A stretch of 63,369 nt of DNA, counting the filler, from Stramenopiles sp. TOSAG23-2 (Eukaryota): assembly GCA_900128395.1 (NCBI GenBank). It is 30 parts of 30 records of this genome, joined end to end, with 100 filler letters (N's around TTAATTAATTAA, not from the genome) between each part and the next. Parts side by side here need not be neighbours in the genome. Positions count along the whole stretch, not along the records: positions 21,981 to 25,663 come from LT651129.1; positions 25,764 to 29,444 come from LT651130.1; positions 29,545 to 33,223 come from LT651131.1; positions 33,324 to 37,002 come from LT651132.1; 26 more parts are not named here. One strand, 5' to 3'. Below the pieces are notes generated by a model. The model saw only the letters and a list, made by a program, of their open reading frames with translations, did not search any database and was not told where the DNA came from. Position 1 is the first letter of the stretch. Every line of letters starts with the position of its first letter. The position numbers and the translations under genes are program-made. Below, piece after piece: positions 24,047 to 34,829 of the stretch.

Positions 24047-24364
24047 TTTTTCTCCCGGTATGTTTTGTTTTTTATCTATTAATATATCAATTTTTGTTGT
24101 TTCTATAACGAGTATATGAAGAGGTAATGTAAAATGGTAATTCAAACGGGATTGTAAACCAAAAGTCAGTAGAAGAGTGATTACATACATTGAAAAATGC
24201 TTCGTACTGTCGATAAATATTTTTATATTATAAATCATGGTATAATCAACCACCCTCTCCACACACACACACACACAGTTCCTTTTTACGACATTCGCCC
24301 ACATTGGTCAGACACGGCGCGTGATGTAAAAAATGTTTTTAACATGTTGATAAATGTCGTCTTG

Positions 24365-25601
24365 TTATACGGTCGTCTTCTTCAATAATAATTCTCTTTT
24401 TTTCTTTAATGGACTTTGTGAATGCATAAAACCATGCGATGAACCCGTTGCTAATACACGTTCTTTCACATTTTCATGATGGTTATTATCCCATATGGTA
24501 AATTGTAAACTGCTATCATTTCGTTTTGCATATAATATCTCAGGCAACAATGACATTTGTGCACATTCAGAAGATAATTCTGTGAAATGTTTTTTATCTG
24601 TTAACCATAATCGTGTTGCCTCTTCATTTTTAACTTTCCCTTCATTAATGCATTGGTAAATACATTTCCCATCATCATTTAATTTCAAGTATTTTGCATC
24701 GTTCATTTGTATACCAGGCCGTAAATAAAACAATTGTTTTAAATATTTCAAACAAAATAACTGTACGAAAACGAGAAATTATATACATATGTTAGTGGAT
24801 GAATATGTTGTGAAGATGGTGTATTCGAATGCTATGATAGAAGAGTCGCAGCTTTCTGAATTTTAACTCTGAACAGTAAATGTAAATGTGTTTTGTATAT
24901 ATATATATATATGTATAAGAACCAACAATTGTCAAGACAATAATGTTTTTGATTAAATTATGCATTTGTGCAGGCAGCACTCATGGTTCGAATCATGAGT
25001 AGCAATGGCAGTATATATATATATATATATGGTATAAAATGAACAATTAACTTACTATATAATGTTTCCCACCAATCCAATTTGGGAAACGCAATGATAA
25101 ATCAATTTCACCTGTATCATAATCAACCATTGGATGAAAGACTTGATTTAAAAATGTTATTTTCGGACAGGAATTATTACCTGGATATGTATCAGGCATG
25201 TCAATTGTAAAACGAAAGATACCAGATTTCCATACACCAGCTCTTAAAAAGATAACACCACACCATGTACGCATGTTATGAAAAGATGGTAAGATGTAAA
25301 TACCAGGCGGCACATGTTGTTTCAAATGTTTATATTCGATCATAATTTGATAATTTTTTAATGTATGTTCACGTTTCTTACGATGTATTTCTGTTTTTTT
25401 CTTACGTTCCTCTAATGTTTCTGATGTATTATTATTATCATTGTTATTATTATTACTATCGTTGCTACTATTACGATTTTTACGATTTCTACGAAAACTT
25501 AATTTATTCATTTTATTATTACTATTATTTCGTTGTGTTGTATTACCATCATCATCACTATTTTCTTTTTTAATCATACTTTTCCAAAAATATGATGCCA
25601 T
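24365..25601 (-). CDS. AKTIP: AKTIP/FTS-like ubiquitin E2 variant; exons 25601-25056 and 24760-24365, intron 25055-24761
   Basis: EYKHL...PPGIYILPS...WCGVIFLR.G....GIFRF...VFHPMVD..TGEIDL with Asp at the catalytic Cys position; GTAAGT/CACTAAC/CAG intron gives the in-frame join KHYI|LFCLKYLKQLFY. Confidence 0.85.
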
Positions 25602-25763
25602 GTTGATTTTATATATTATAAAATTAAAATTATTTATTCAATATATATAATTAACGATATTTANNNNNNNNNNNNNNNNNNNNNNNNNNNNNNNNNNNNN
25701 NNNNNNNTTAATTAATTAANNNNNNNNNNNNNNNNNNNNNNNNNNNNNNNNNNNNNNNNNNNN

Positions 25764-26800
25764 TGTATGTACTACATAAAGGTGACGTAATGGATTTAGA
25801 ACGCCATTTCCCAAATGTATTGCAAGAAAAGATTGCTGAATATTTGTCAAAACATAATTTAGTGTTTTCGCAATCTCCTAATGCTGGTGGCAAAAGTCTT
25901 GTAGCTAATTTAGATGTGAAGGAAAAAAAAGGGAATAATATGTTCAACAACACAATACAATCAATGAATCAAAGCCGCCCTGTGATATCGCCTGCTCATT
26001 CTGACGCGACATTCAATTCTAATTTTTCTCCAGATAATTACACACGTGGTGGTGGCAGTTTCTTAGTCGGCAAGCCAAATTTACAATTTATAAATAAAAT
26101 GGCAAGTGAAAATATTGTTTACAGCGATGATAATCAAGCTGGTGATAATATTGAACAGAATCATAACAATAGATACAACATGGTACATAATGATTTAGTC
26201 GGCAAGCCAAATTTACAATTTATAAATAAAATGGCAAGTGAAAATATTGTTTACAGCGATGATAATCAAGCTGGTGATAATATTGAACAGAATCATAACA
26301 ATAGATACAACATGGTACATAATGATAATTTACGGCGCTCTACAACTCCTTCTTTTAATACAAATATTACATCTGCAAACTTTAAAGAAATGATTGCAAG
26401 TGTTGTATCAGATGAATTGCGTAATGCCATGGGGACATGGATGTCCGAACAGCAGCAGAATAATCAAAAGCAACAAAATGCTGGAGTTAATTTTCGTAGA
26501 ATGAGTGTTGAAATGACTGAACAACAACAAAATAATATGACCAATGAACCTGCAACAAATGTTATGAATAGTACTCTAGAAGGTATTGAGGAAAAGAATA
26601 ATTCTTTTAATGCTGATGCGTGGCGACGACAAAAAATATTAGCTAAACGACAAGAATTAAAGGCACGTTTATCTTTATCTCCATCACCATCAAACGATTC
26701 TGATTTAAAAAAGAAAATCAAAGGAAAATATATCGCAACTGTAAATCAAGGTAACATAATTGGTAGTGAAAATTTGAATAATAATAATACCAAAAATTAA
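25764..26800 (+). CDS. 3' part of a low-complexity hypothetical protein
   Basis: Long ORF containing an exact 44-aa duplication. Confidence 0.65.
26063..26326. repeat. Exact 132-bp tandem duplication
   Basis: TTAGTCGGCAAGCC starts at 26063 and 26195. Confidence 0.95.
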
Positions 26801-26995
26801 AAAAAAATTAAAAAATACTCGTTTATAATGGGATAAATAAATATGCGTATCATACGACGTACGAACGTAAAATTTTACTAAAATAAAGTACTAATTACCC
26901 ATATATTTTACTATCAAACCTCGTGCACTATAAAATTCCTCTAGATCTCTCAAAACTCAATAATTTTTGATTAAAATATGATGGGTTAAAATTTT

Positions 26996-28864
26996 TTAAT
27001 CATTCAAAAATTTAGAAATTGGGACGACAACTTTCGCTTTTTTTGGAAGTTCTTCGACTCCATTCGCTCCAACCCTAATATTTCCATTCACTCTAGTTGG
27101 ACTTAAATTTATCATAATTGCCTCACCTTCTGCTTCTAATAATGGTGGTGTTGGTCGATTTCGTCGATTCGATGTTTCAGATTGTGTATGTTTCATATGC
27201 TCTATTATTTGTTTGCGGTATGATTTTAACACTTCAAATGCTGGTGGCAAATCAGATTTGTCGTTTAAATCTCTTCGTTTCATACTCAAAGGTATTTTTT
27301 TCTTTTTTAGATAAGGACTAGGATGCCGCTGTGCTATTATATCCAGTTTTGGTGGAGGTGATTGTGATGCATGTTGGCGGAAATTATTAATATTTTCTCT
27401 ATCCAATTTCTCCTTACGATTCATTGGTGATGGAGAATAATTGCCATCGTTCCATCCTGATAATTTTCCAACAGGGGAATCAAGTTGCCCTCTAGGGCTA
27501 CTATCCCTTTGTAAACGTACCCTTTGTTGCTTTTCTTTATAAGACATTTCCTCCTCATTGTATTTCGATTCATATACATTGCCAGCAATGATTTTCTTTT
27601 GCTTCTTCTGTTTCTGTTGTTGTTGTTGTTTTTGTCCTCCACCCGGTTGCCGAGGTGAAATTGTTTTTACATTGTCTTTTATCATTAAACCACTGGAAGA
27701 ACGCTCAATTTTATTCTCATTCTTTTTTAACAATAATTTTGGCGACTGTTTAAAAATTTGACGTTGTGGACTTCTCCCTGCTGTTGATTTAAAGGTATTT
27801 TTACTTCGAGATATTGGTGCCGTAGTTGGACGTTTCTTTTTAGTTGTTCGTTGAGCCGCGATTTTCCTTTGCAATGAATTTGCTTCGGCAATAATAGCCG
27901 GATCAAACTTACCAAAATAAGCACATCGATCTATTAGTAAGCTTTGAAATTCACTAACTTGTTCATATACTTCAATGCGTATGGCATGGCCATATAATTG
28001 TGTGCAATGTTCAACCCAATAGAAATCATGCATCGGGCTCATAACAGTTCTAGTTGGCATTTTTGATTTAACATTTAAACTATGTTTTCTAAAAATTAAA
28101 TGACCATCATCTGCCGTCTCTAAATCAGTATACCAATGACTTGGTCGATCAATGTTTGTTAAATCAGTAATCTGAACATTGTATTTCTTATCTATATAAT
28201 TGTCCGATATTCCATTTAAACAAACGCGTAAAAAATAAAATTCAGGGTTTATGATACGTTTAGCAAAATTTGCAACGCTAGTTCCTGCAACACTTTTTCC
28301 ACCAGTAGAATTAGCAAATTTCTTACCACGTTGTAATTTACTTCGATTCCAACTACTATACGTTATTTTCTTTTGAATATTGTTATTGTTGTTAAATCTG
28401 TCGCTGCGTATTCTTCGTCGTGATGGGCCGGCTGATGCTGGGCGTATTCTTTTATTTCGACTATTTACACGATTAGTATTAGTAATACTATTCTCGTTTC
28501 TATTTACAATATTATCAACATTATCGTTATTATTGTTACTATTGCTATTAAAAATATTATCCACTTCTGGCGCTTGTGGCCTATCCGTAGGGGATAATGG
28601 GACATTATTATTTCTGTTATTACTTCTACCTCTTCTGTGAACAGGCCCTGCAGATTGTGGTCTTCTCCTTTTCATTTTCTCGCCATGATTCGCATTTCTA
28701 CCTCTTCTTCTGTTTCCATTATTATCATTTCTCCGTCTTGTTGGAACTGCTGATTTAGGCCTTTGGTTTTTTCTATGTCGTGCGGGTAAATTCCTTCTTC
28801 TTCCAGTTAATATTTTTTCTTTGATATCCAATTCATCGAATTTTTTCAATATTCTCAACGCCAT
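26996..28864 (-). CDS. Basic disordered protein with repeated RPx(S/T)A motifs and a central globular domain (possibly cilium/centrosome associated)
   Basis: 622-aa ORF; RPKSA, RPQSA, RPASA, RPTTA. Confidence 0.7.
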   Translation of the reverse strand: MALRILKKFDELDIKEKILTGRRRNLPARHRKNQRPKSAVPTRRRNDNNGNRRRGRNANHGEKMKRRRPQSAGPVHRRGRSNNRNNNVPLSPTDRPQAPEVDNIFNSNSNNNNDNVDNIVNRNENSITNTNRVNSRNKRIRPASAGPSRRRIRSDRFNNNNNIQKKITYSSWNRSKLQRGKKFANSTGGKSVAGTSVANFAKRIINPEFYFLRVCLNGISDNYIDKKYNVQITDLTNIDRPSHWYTDLETADDGHLIFRKHSLNVKSKMPTRTVMSPMHDFYWVEHCTQLYGHAIRIEVYEQVSEFQSLLIDRCAYFGKFDPAIIAEANSLQRKIAAQRTTKKKRPTTAPISRSKNTFKSTAGRSPQRQIFKQSPKLLLKKNENKIERSSSGLMIKDNVKTISPRQPGGGQKQQQQQKQKKQKKIIAGNVYESKYNEEEMSYKEKQQRVRLQRDSSPRGQLDSPVGKLSGWNDGNYSPSPMNRKEKLDRENINNFRQHASQSPPPKLDIIAQRHPSPYLKKKKIPLSMKRRDLNDKSDLPPAFEVLKSYRKQIIEHMKHTQSETSNRRNRPTPPLLEAEGEAIMINLSPTRVNGNIRVGANGVEELPKKAKVVVPISKFLND

Positions 28865-29729
28865 ATTTCACGTGCGTATGTATTATATGTATGAATCTAG
28901 ATGTCAATATATACAGAATTTACTAGTAACACATATATATATGTATATTTACCGAAAAAAGAAAAGTCTGTCTGATTCTCTGAAAGCTATAAGCAATAAA
29001 TTAAATATTACATATTTATGATCGTTGGCCAGTTGTGGGGGTGCCTTTTGAAAAAAAATTTAATAACGTCTGAAAAAAACTAGGGTTATGATGTCAAAAT
29101 CCTTAATTTATGTCATGTCCTACAATTTTTTATATTAGTATACTAAATCTATACTTGTGTGCTTTCCATATACAAAACACTTAAAAATACAAAAAAAACT
29201 AAACGAAATATCATACATAGACATTATTTGATGATCCTCCTCGGTTGATCGTGTGCCAGTGTGCCGTGAGCAGTCAGTGAGCACGTGAGCCTACTCTGGT
29301 CCAGAACGCCAACATCCATTATGAATAGTGTTATTTTTTTCATATTTTGACACTTTTTCCACTATTTTAAATAGGATCTTACACTTGGCAGTCTACAGAG
29401 CATTTTTTGTAAAAAATTCTACATTTTTGCACCTTTTTATGATTNNNNNNNNNNNNNNNNNNNNNNNNNNNNNNNNNNNNNNNNNNNNTTAATTAATTAA
29501 NNNNNNNNNNNNNNNNNNNNNNNNNNNNNNNNNNNNNNNNNNNNATCACACCCCTCGACGAGGAAGAACCACAACTATCTCGGAGGCAATTCCTATTATT
29601 CTAATTATAGATTCTACGAAAATCATGAATTTTAATTTGAAAATTTATGGTCAAACAAATTGAACACGTAGCATACAGGGAAAAGAAACCTGTTTTAATT
29701 GTGATTGCTGCTTCTAATTTATTAAAACT

Positions 29730-31463
29730 ATGGTATTACTGACACTATTGTTGTTGCTGCCAATTGCTATCGGTTTGCCATCATCATCGTCCGGCAAACA
29801 TGCATCATCATCAACTTTTAATAAAAAAATTTTATACCCAAATATAATCATTATATATTCTGATGATTTAGGATATTCAGACCTTCACTTCACTGGAAAT
29901 CCAACAATATCTACGCCAAACTTGGATCGGATGTCTGTGGAAGGGATCACTTTAACACAGTTTTATTCGGCCGCGCCAATTTGTACTCCAAGTCGTGCTG
30001 CCATGATAACAGGGCGTTATCCTGTACGCGTTGGTATGTACGCAAACACCTCCTTTGCTATGGACTCCTGGCAAAGAAAAGACGGGATTGGAGGAATACC
30101 AAGACGTGAAATTACAATTGCAGAAGCATTGGGAAAATATGGATATGATACCAAATTAGTTGGCAAGTGGCATTTAGGCCAAAAAAAAGAATATTTACCG
30201 CTGCAACACGGCTTTCAATCGTACTATGGCACACCAAGCACACATGACCATATTGCATCTCTACACTTTCCTTGCACCGTTTTGATGAAAGATAATGATG
30301 TTATTGGAAGATTAGTTAACGGTAAGTATCGCAATAATAATACACGTAATTTCTATTCTTAAAACAAAAAAAAAATACATTTTGAAAATCTTCATATCAC
30401 TAACATACATACATTTGCGTGTATATAAGGCGGTATGGACCCAACTTATGAGCATGAATGCAATATTTCAGAAGCTGCTGGAAAACCATTTCCGGTCGAC
30501 GACTTGATTCAAGTTTATACATCAAAAATTGTTTCATATATTGAAGAACATAGGCTCAATAAGGATAGCAATACTGTAGATAAACCTCCATTTCTTTTAA
30601 TCTATACACCTGATAATACGCATCTACCAGTTTACGCTTCTTCAAAGTTTCGCGGAACAAGTCGAAGAGGATTATATGGCGATGCAGTCCAAGAATTAGA
30701 TTGGTCTGTTGGGCAAATATTACAGACTATTCGAAATGGCCATAATGAAAACGAAAGAGACACCATTGTGTTTTTTACATCAGATAACGGTGCACAAGGT
30801 GGTCACGGCAATTTGGGGTCTATGGGTCCATTTAAATGCATGAAGGGTACAACGTGGGAAGGGGGTGTGCGTGAGCCTGCTTTAATATGGGGTTTTCCTT
30901 ATGGATCTGTATTGCCTACCAACGAAGTGCGGATGCAATTATCTACAACGATGGATATATTTCCAACTATTTTAGAATTATTATCAACAGAATATGAAGA
31001 ATCCTCTTCTTTGCAGATTGATACAATCAATAAAATGGATGGTAAAAGTTTGTTAAATATTTTACGAGATAATGATAAACCTTCACCACATGAATCCTTT
31101 ATATATTGGAGAGGAGATGTCATTTATGCAATTCGTGTAAATGCCTACAAAATACATTTTTATACAGAAGGATGCACCTCTTATTGGGTACCTGGGCGCA
31201 CAAATGTTACATCGAAACCTATTGTATACAATATTGAGGAAGATATCGAGGAAAAATATCCAATAAATGCAACATTGATAGCAGAATTATATAAACAAAT
31301 CGTTAACAAAGCAATGATGATTAGAGACAACATGTATGAAGATTTAAAACATGATAAATCAAAGAATCCCCCACAATTAAATTATTGTGATCCAGCAGCT
31401 GCATTGTATTACCCTGATTATCCTGTCCCTCCATCAAATATATCAGAATGTGTTTATTCTTGA
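29730..31463 (+). CDS. Secreted/lysosomal formylglycine-dependent (S1) arylsulfatase; exons 29730-30321 and 30430-31463
   Basis: Signal peptide, PNIIIIYSDDLG, CTPSRAAMITGRY, GKWHLG, FTSDNG, KGTTWEGGVR; 108-nt GTAAGT...CACTAAC...AG intron joins the two ORFs in frame. Confidence 0.95.
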
Positions 31464-32108
31464 AATGTCATTTATATTAATTTTTTTATTTTCAAAAATA
31501 AAAAACTTTTAAAATTAATTTATTAAAATTGTTAAAATATACTCCGTGGTATGATAATACATTTACATTATTTTCTTGCTCTCATTTTAATTTACACAAT
31601 GAATTTTTATAAAGGAGTTAGTCTGAAGTGGCCCTGCCAGCGGGCAGGCCTACTCGATCCCTTCACTAAACGCCTCGTCTTCCCTAGCTACAGCCCAATA
31701 ATCAGGAATTCTGAGCGCTATTTTACTTATATGCATAGCACGGGAAGTAAAATTAATTATACGAAGCCGTATATATATGCATTAATTAAATAAATATTAT
31801 ATAATTCTCTTACGCTCATATATTATACGTAATTAAATTATATATATATATTCGTATAACTTATAGATTTTAACCACCTTTTAAGAAATGCCATTCATAA
31901 TTTTTAATAAAATATATTTTAAAATGTAAACATCATCTTATATCATCAGGTAGGATTGTCTATCATATCATATGGCATTATGCCAGTTGCATACGTATAT
32001 GATTCGAAATTACTAATTTTCTTTATATGCATATCTTTTCTCTGTATGATATTTATACTTATCCGAAACGAATATCATAGAGACTTAATTGTGTTTTTAC
32101 TTTTTCTT

Positions 32109-33131
32109 TTATTGTTGTCGTGTTACATCCGCTTTCAATCGATCTATAAGATCTTTTTTAAGACCTTGATGTTTCAAACGACGACAGCGAAGATGCTTTC
32201 TCAGCATATCTACTGTTAGACCATCATGAACGTCTGTTAATTTCAATTTTGGCTCTTGTTTTTCCAACCAATTAAATGCTTCAGGATGTATCCATGGGTC
32301 AGTAGTTTTAAAAATACTAGTTTGTGAAAATCCAGCAGCCATACTTTTGGAATCGAGATAAGAGAAACGATAATTATAAGAGTGCAACCACTTCAATATT
32401 TCTAAATATCCACCAGCAGCAGCACTTACATCCAAACCACGTATGGGCATATGATACCCTTCCTCTTTGGCCCACTTCAATATGTTCAAGTGCCCACCTT
32501 TTGCTGCCTCTTTATAGATACAGTTATCTACCATATAAACTCTTCCGCTTCTGTCCATTCGAGGTTCGTGACAATTTTGTTTCAACCATTTTAAAATATG
32601 TAAATGTCCATTCTTAGCCGCAACTGTATAAGCACTATAATGGTACCACGGTCCACCATTTCTATCGTTGCCAGAAAATGTTATGCCATTTTTTTTTGCA
32701 GCAATCATAATATTTAAATCACCAGCTTCCGCAGCCTCCCTCCATACCGATTCTTTCTTCATTCTCTTACTGCTGTTACTGTCGCTAGAAGAACTATGAC
32801 TGAAACTACTGCTACTACCACACCATTCTCTTTTTATACCCTTCTTCTTACTATTGTTATTATTATTTGCACTATTGGTTATGCGAATACTGCTACTAGC
32901 ACCATCAATATTACCATTTTCTTCTTTGACCTTTATACTCTTCTTTGCAAGAAGTTTAGCTTCAGTCTCTTCGAATAGCCTGGATAGCCTCTCCTGGCTT
33001 TCACGAAGCATGGTGCTAGTATTGTTGTTTGTCAAATTATCAATATTTCGTTTTGGCAATTTCTTTTTTTTCCTTCCAGCGTTTTCTGCATCAAGTAAAA
33101 GCTTCAATACAACAGCTTTTTCCTCCAACAT
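32109..33131 (-). CDS. Ankyrin-like repeat protein (AAxxGHLxILKW type) with C-terminal SAP domain; may extend upstream
   Basis: AAKNGHLHILKWL, AAKGGHLNILKWA, AAAGGYLEILKWL; LTVDMLRKHLRCRRLKHQGLKKDLIDRL fits the SAP consensus. Confidence 0.85.
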   Translation of the reverse strand: MLEEKAVVLKLLLDAENAGRKKKKLPKRNIDNLTNNNTSTMLRESQERLSRLFEETEAKLLAKKSIKVKEENGNIDGASSSIRITNSANNNNNSKKKGIKREWCGSSSSFSHSSSSDSNSSKRMKKESVWREAAEAGDLNIMIAAKKNGITFSGNDRNGGPWYHYSAYTVAAKNGHLHILKWLKQNCHEPRMDRSGRVYMVDNCIYKEAAKGGHLNILKWAKEEGYHMPIRGLDVSAAAGGYLEILKWLHSYNYRFSYLDSKSMAAGFSQTSIFKTTDPWIHPEAFNWLEKQEPKLKLTDVHDGLTVDMLRKHLRCRRLKHQGLKKDLIDRLKADVTRQQ

Positions 33132-33353
33132 GGCTCTCGTTCGAGCATTTTCTGCTATTTCTTTTGCACGTGTTTTATATTTTTATTTTTTTATATTTTT
33201 AAGAGGTTTGTTACTCTTTTACTNNNNNNNNNNNNNNNNNNNNNNNNNNNNNNNNNNNNNNNNNNNNTTAATTAATTAANNNNNNNNNNNNNNNNNNNNN
33301 NNNNNNNNNNNNNNNNNNNNNNNCATATGTATACGCAATTAAATTAAGTAAAT

Positions 33354-34235
33354 ATGACATCCGTTGCAAATAATAATAACAAGGATGATGAAAGCAAAGG
33401 TGAAGACATTACGAATAACAATGTAGAAGTTATGGAATCTAATGTTATTCAAGAAATGAGTGAAATGAATATAATTATCAAAGATGATCCATCATTCATT
33501 GATATATTGCCAAGTGGTGGTGCTGGGCGGAATATTGTTTATACCATCCTTAGTATGTTAGATATGAAATCAGTAAGGTCATTGATCTATTCATCCTTTA
33601 TTCAATTATTTTGTAAAAATCGAAACGATGATACATTATATCAACTGTGTAAAGACATACAACATCAATTTAAAATACAATTGGCGAATGAATTAAAGAT
33701 TAAATACGAAGAAGAATTTCCAAACGGTACGCCAATAGTATGTGCATGTGAAAAAGGACGTTTTGAGGATGTGAAATTATTGATTACAGGTCATAATGAT
33801 GTGAATGGTAGTAATGGTAATAATAATAATAATATGACATTGAAAGAATACGTGAATCAAGTCGGTAAAGATAGGTGGGGTAATGGATGGACACCTTTAA
33901 CGATAGCTGCATGGAACGAACATTTCCAAATAATTAAATATTTGATTGAACAATGTGAAGCTGATCCTAATATTGCAAATAGTAATGGATCGAATGCATT
34001 ACATTTAGCAGCATATTATAACAAAAAGGATACGGAGTTGATTGAGTTCTTATTAACTAATATGTCTCTTAATAGCATTAATAAGAAGACGTCTGGGGGA
34101 GAAACTCCCCTGGACTTTGCATATGATCATAATAAAAGTCCAATTAAACAAAAGATCATTGATCTTATACGTTCAAAAGGTGGAAAACGTGAATATAGAT
34201 ATGATAGTGTGAACAAAAAATTATGCATAGTATGA
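33354..34235 (+). CDS. Ankyrin-repeat protein with F-box-like N-terminal motif
   Basis: GTPIVCACEKG, GWTPLTIAA, GSNALHLAA, GETPLDFA; DILPS...IVYTILSMLDMKSVRSL. Confidence 0.85.
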   Translation: MTSVANNNNKDDESKGEDITNNNVEVMESNVIQEMSEMNIIIKDDPSFIDILPSGGAGRNIVYTILSMLDMKSVRSLIYSSFIQLFCKNRNDDTLYQLCKDIQHQFKIQLANELKIKYEEEFPNGTPIVCACEKGRFEDVKLLITGHNDVNGSNGNNNNNMTLKEYVNQVGKDRWGNGWTPLTIAAWNEHFQIIKYLIEQCEADPNIANSNGSNALHLAAYYNKKDTELIEFLLTNMSLNSINKKTSGGETPLDFAYDHNKSPIKQKIIDLIRSKGGKREYRYDSVNKKLCIV

Positions 34236-34708
34236 TATACGATCGTAAAATTTTTAAATACGAACTTCGTACACAGTATATTATACATTATATCATACTC
34301 TTCGTGTATCATATTTTATACCGTATGTAATAATATAATATATATTTTATAAATATCATAAAATCTTGACACACACTGTTACTATAACACACATTTTGTC
34401 CTCTCTCTCTTTTACACGCGCGTATCAATCTCATCAATCTCTCTCTACTCACATACCAAAATAATATGATATATTTTAAAAAGAAGAGATATACAAACCG
34501 CGATTATTAAAACTTGCGCCTATAATAATCGTTTTGCTTTAAAATGTGCATTTGGTGAGTCGTATAATGATTTGTACCCTGGTACAATTTATTCTCCGCC
34601 TTCATATGATGTCCGTTTTCCATCAGCTATTATGAGTAGTTGATACTATCTATTTACCTTCATTGGTATTTTCGATTATGAGAATATCAACACACTATTC
34701 TTATTGAA

Positions 34709-34757
34709 GAGTAGGAATTATCATGAGTAAATTAAAAATAAATTATGCGTAAATTAA
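34709..34757 (-). repeat. 49-bp element identical in reverse complement to 44500-44548
   Basis: GAGTAGGAATTATCATGAGTAAATTAAAAATAAATTATGCGTAAATTAA. Confidence 0.9.
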
Positions 34758-34829
34758 TTATATTTTAAAATGAATATTTGAACACGTATCTCTCAAATTT
34801 TTATATATTTTAATATAAAATCAAAACAT

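Noticed and set aside
24047-24304. N-terminal extension of the SDR gene in the ORF track
   Set aside because: Runs through (GT)n and UTR-like sequence close to the end of the upstream gene; the ATG at 24046 before the membrane anchor is more plausible.
24979-25000. GGTTCGAATC as a tRNA T-loop or B-box
   Set aside because: No cloverleaf can be built around it; kept only as part of the intronic structure candidate.
29730-31463. Split sulfatase (and split AKTIP) as evidence of pseudogenes or a variant genetic code
   Set aside because: Canonical introns explain both splits, and recognisable genes end normally at TAA or TGA.
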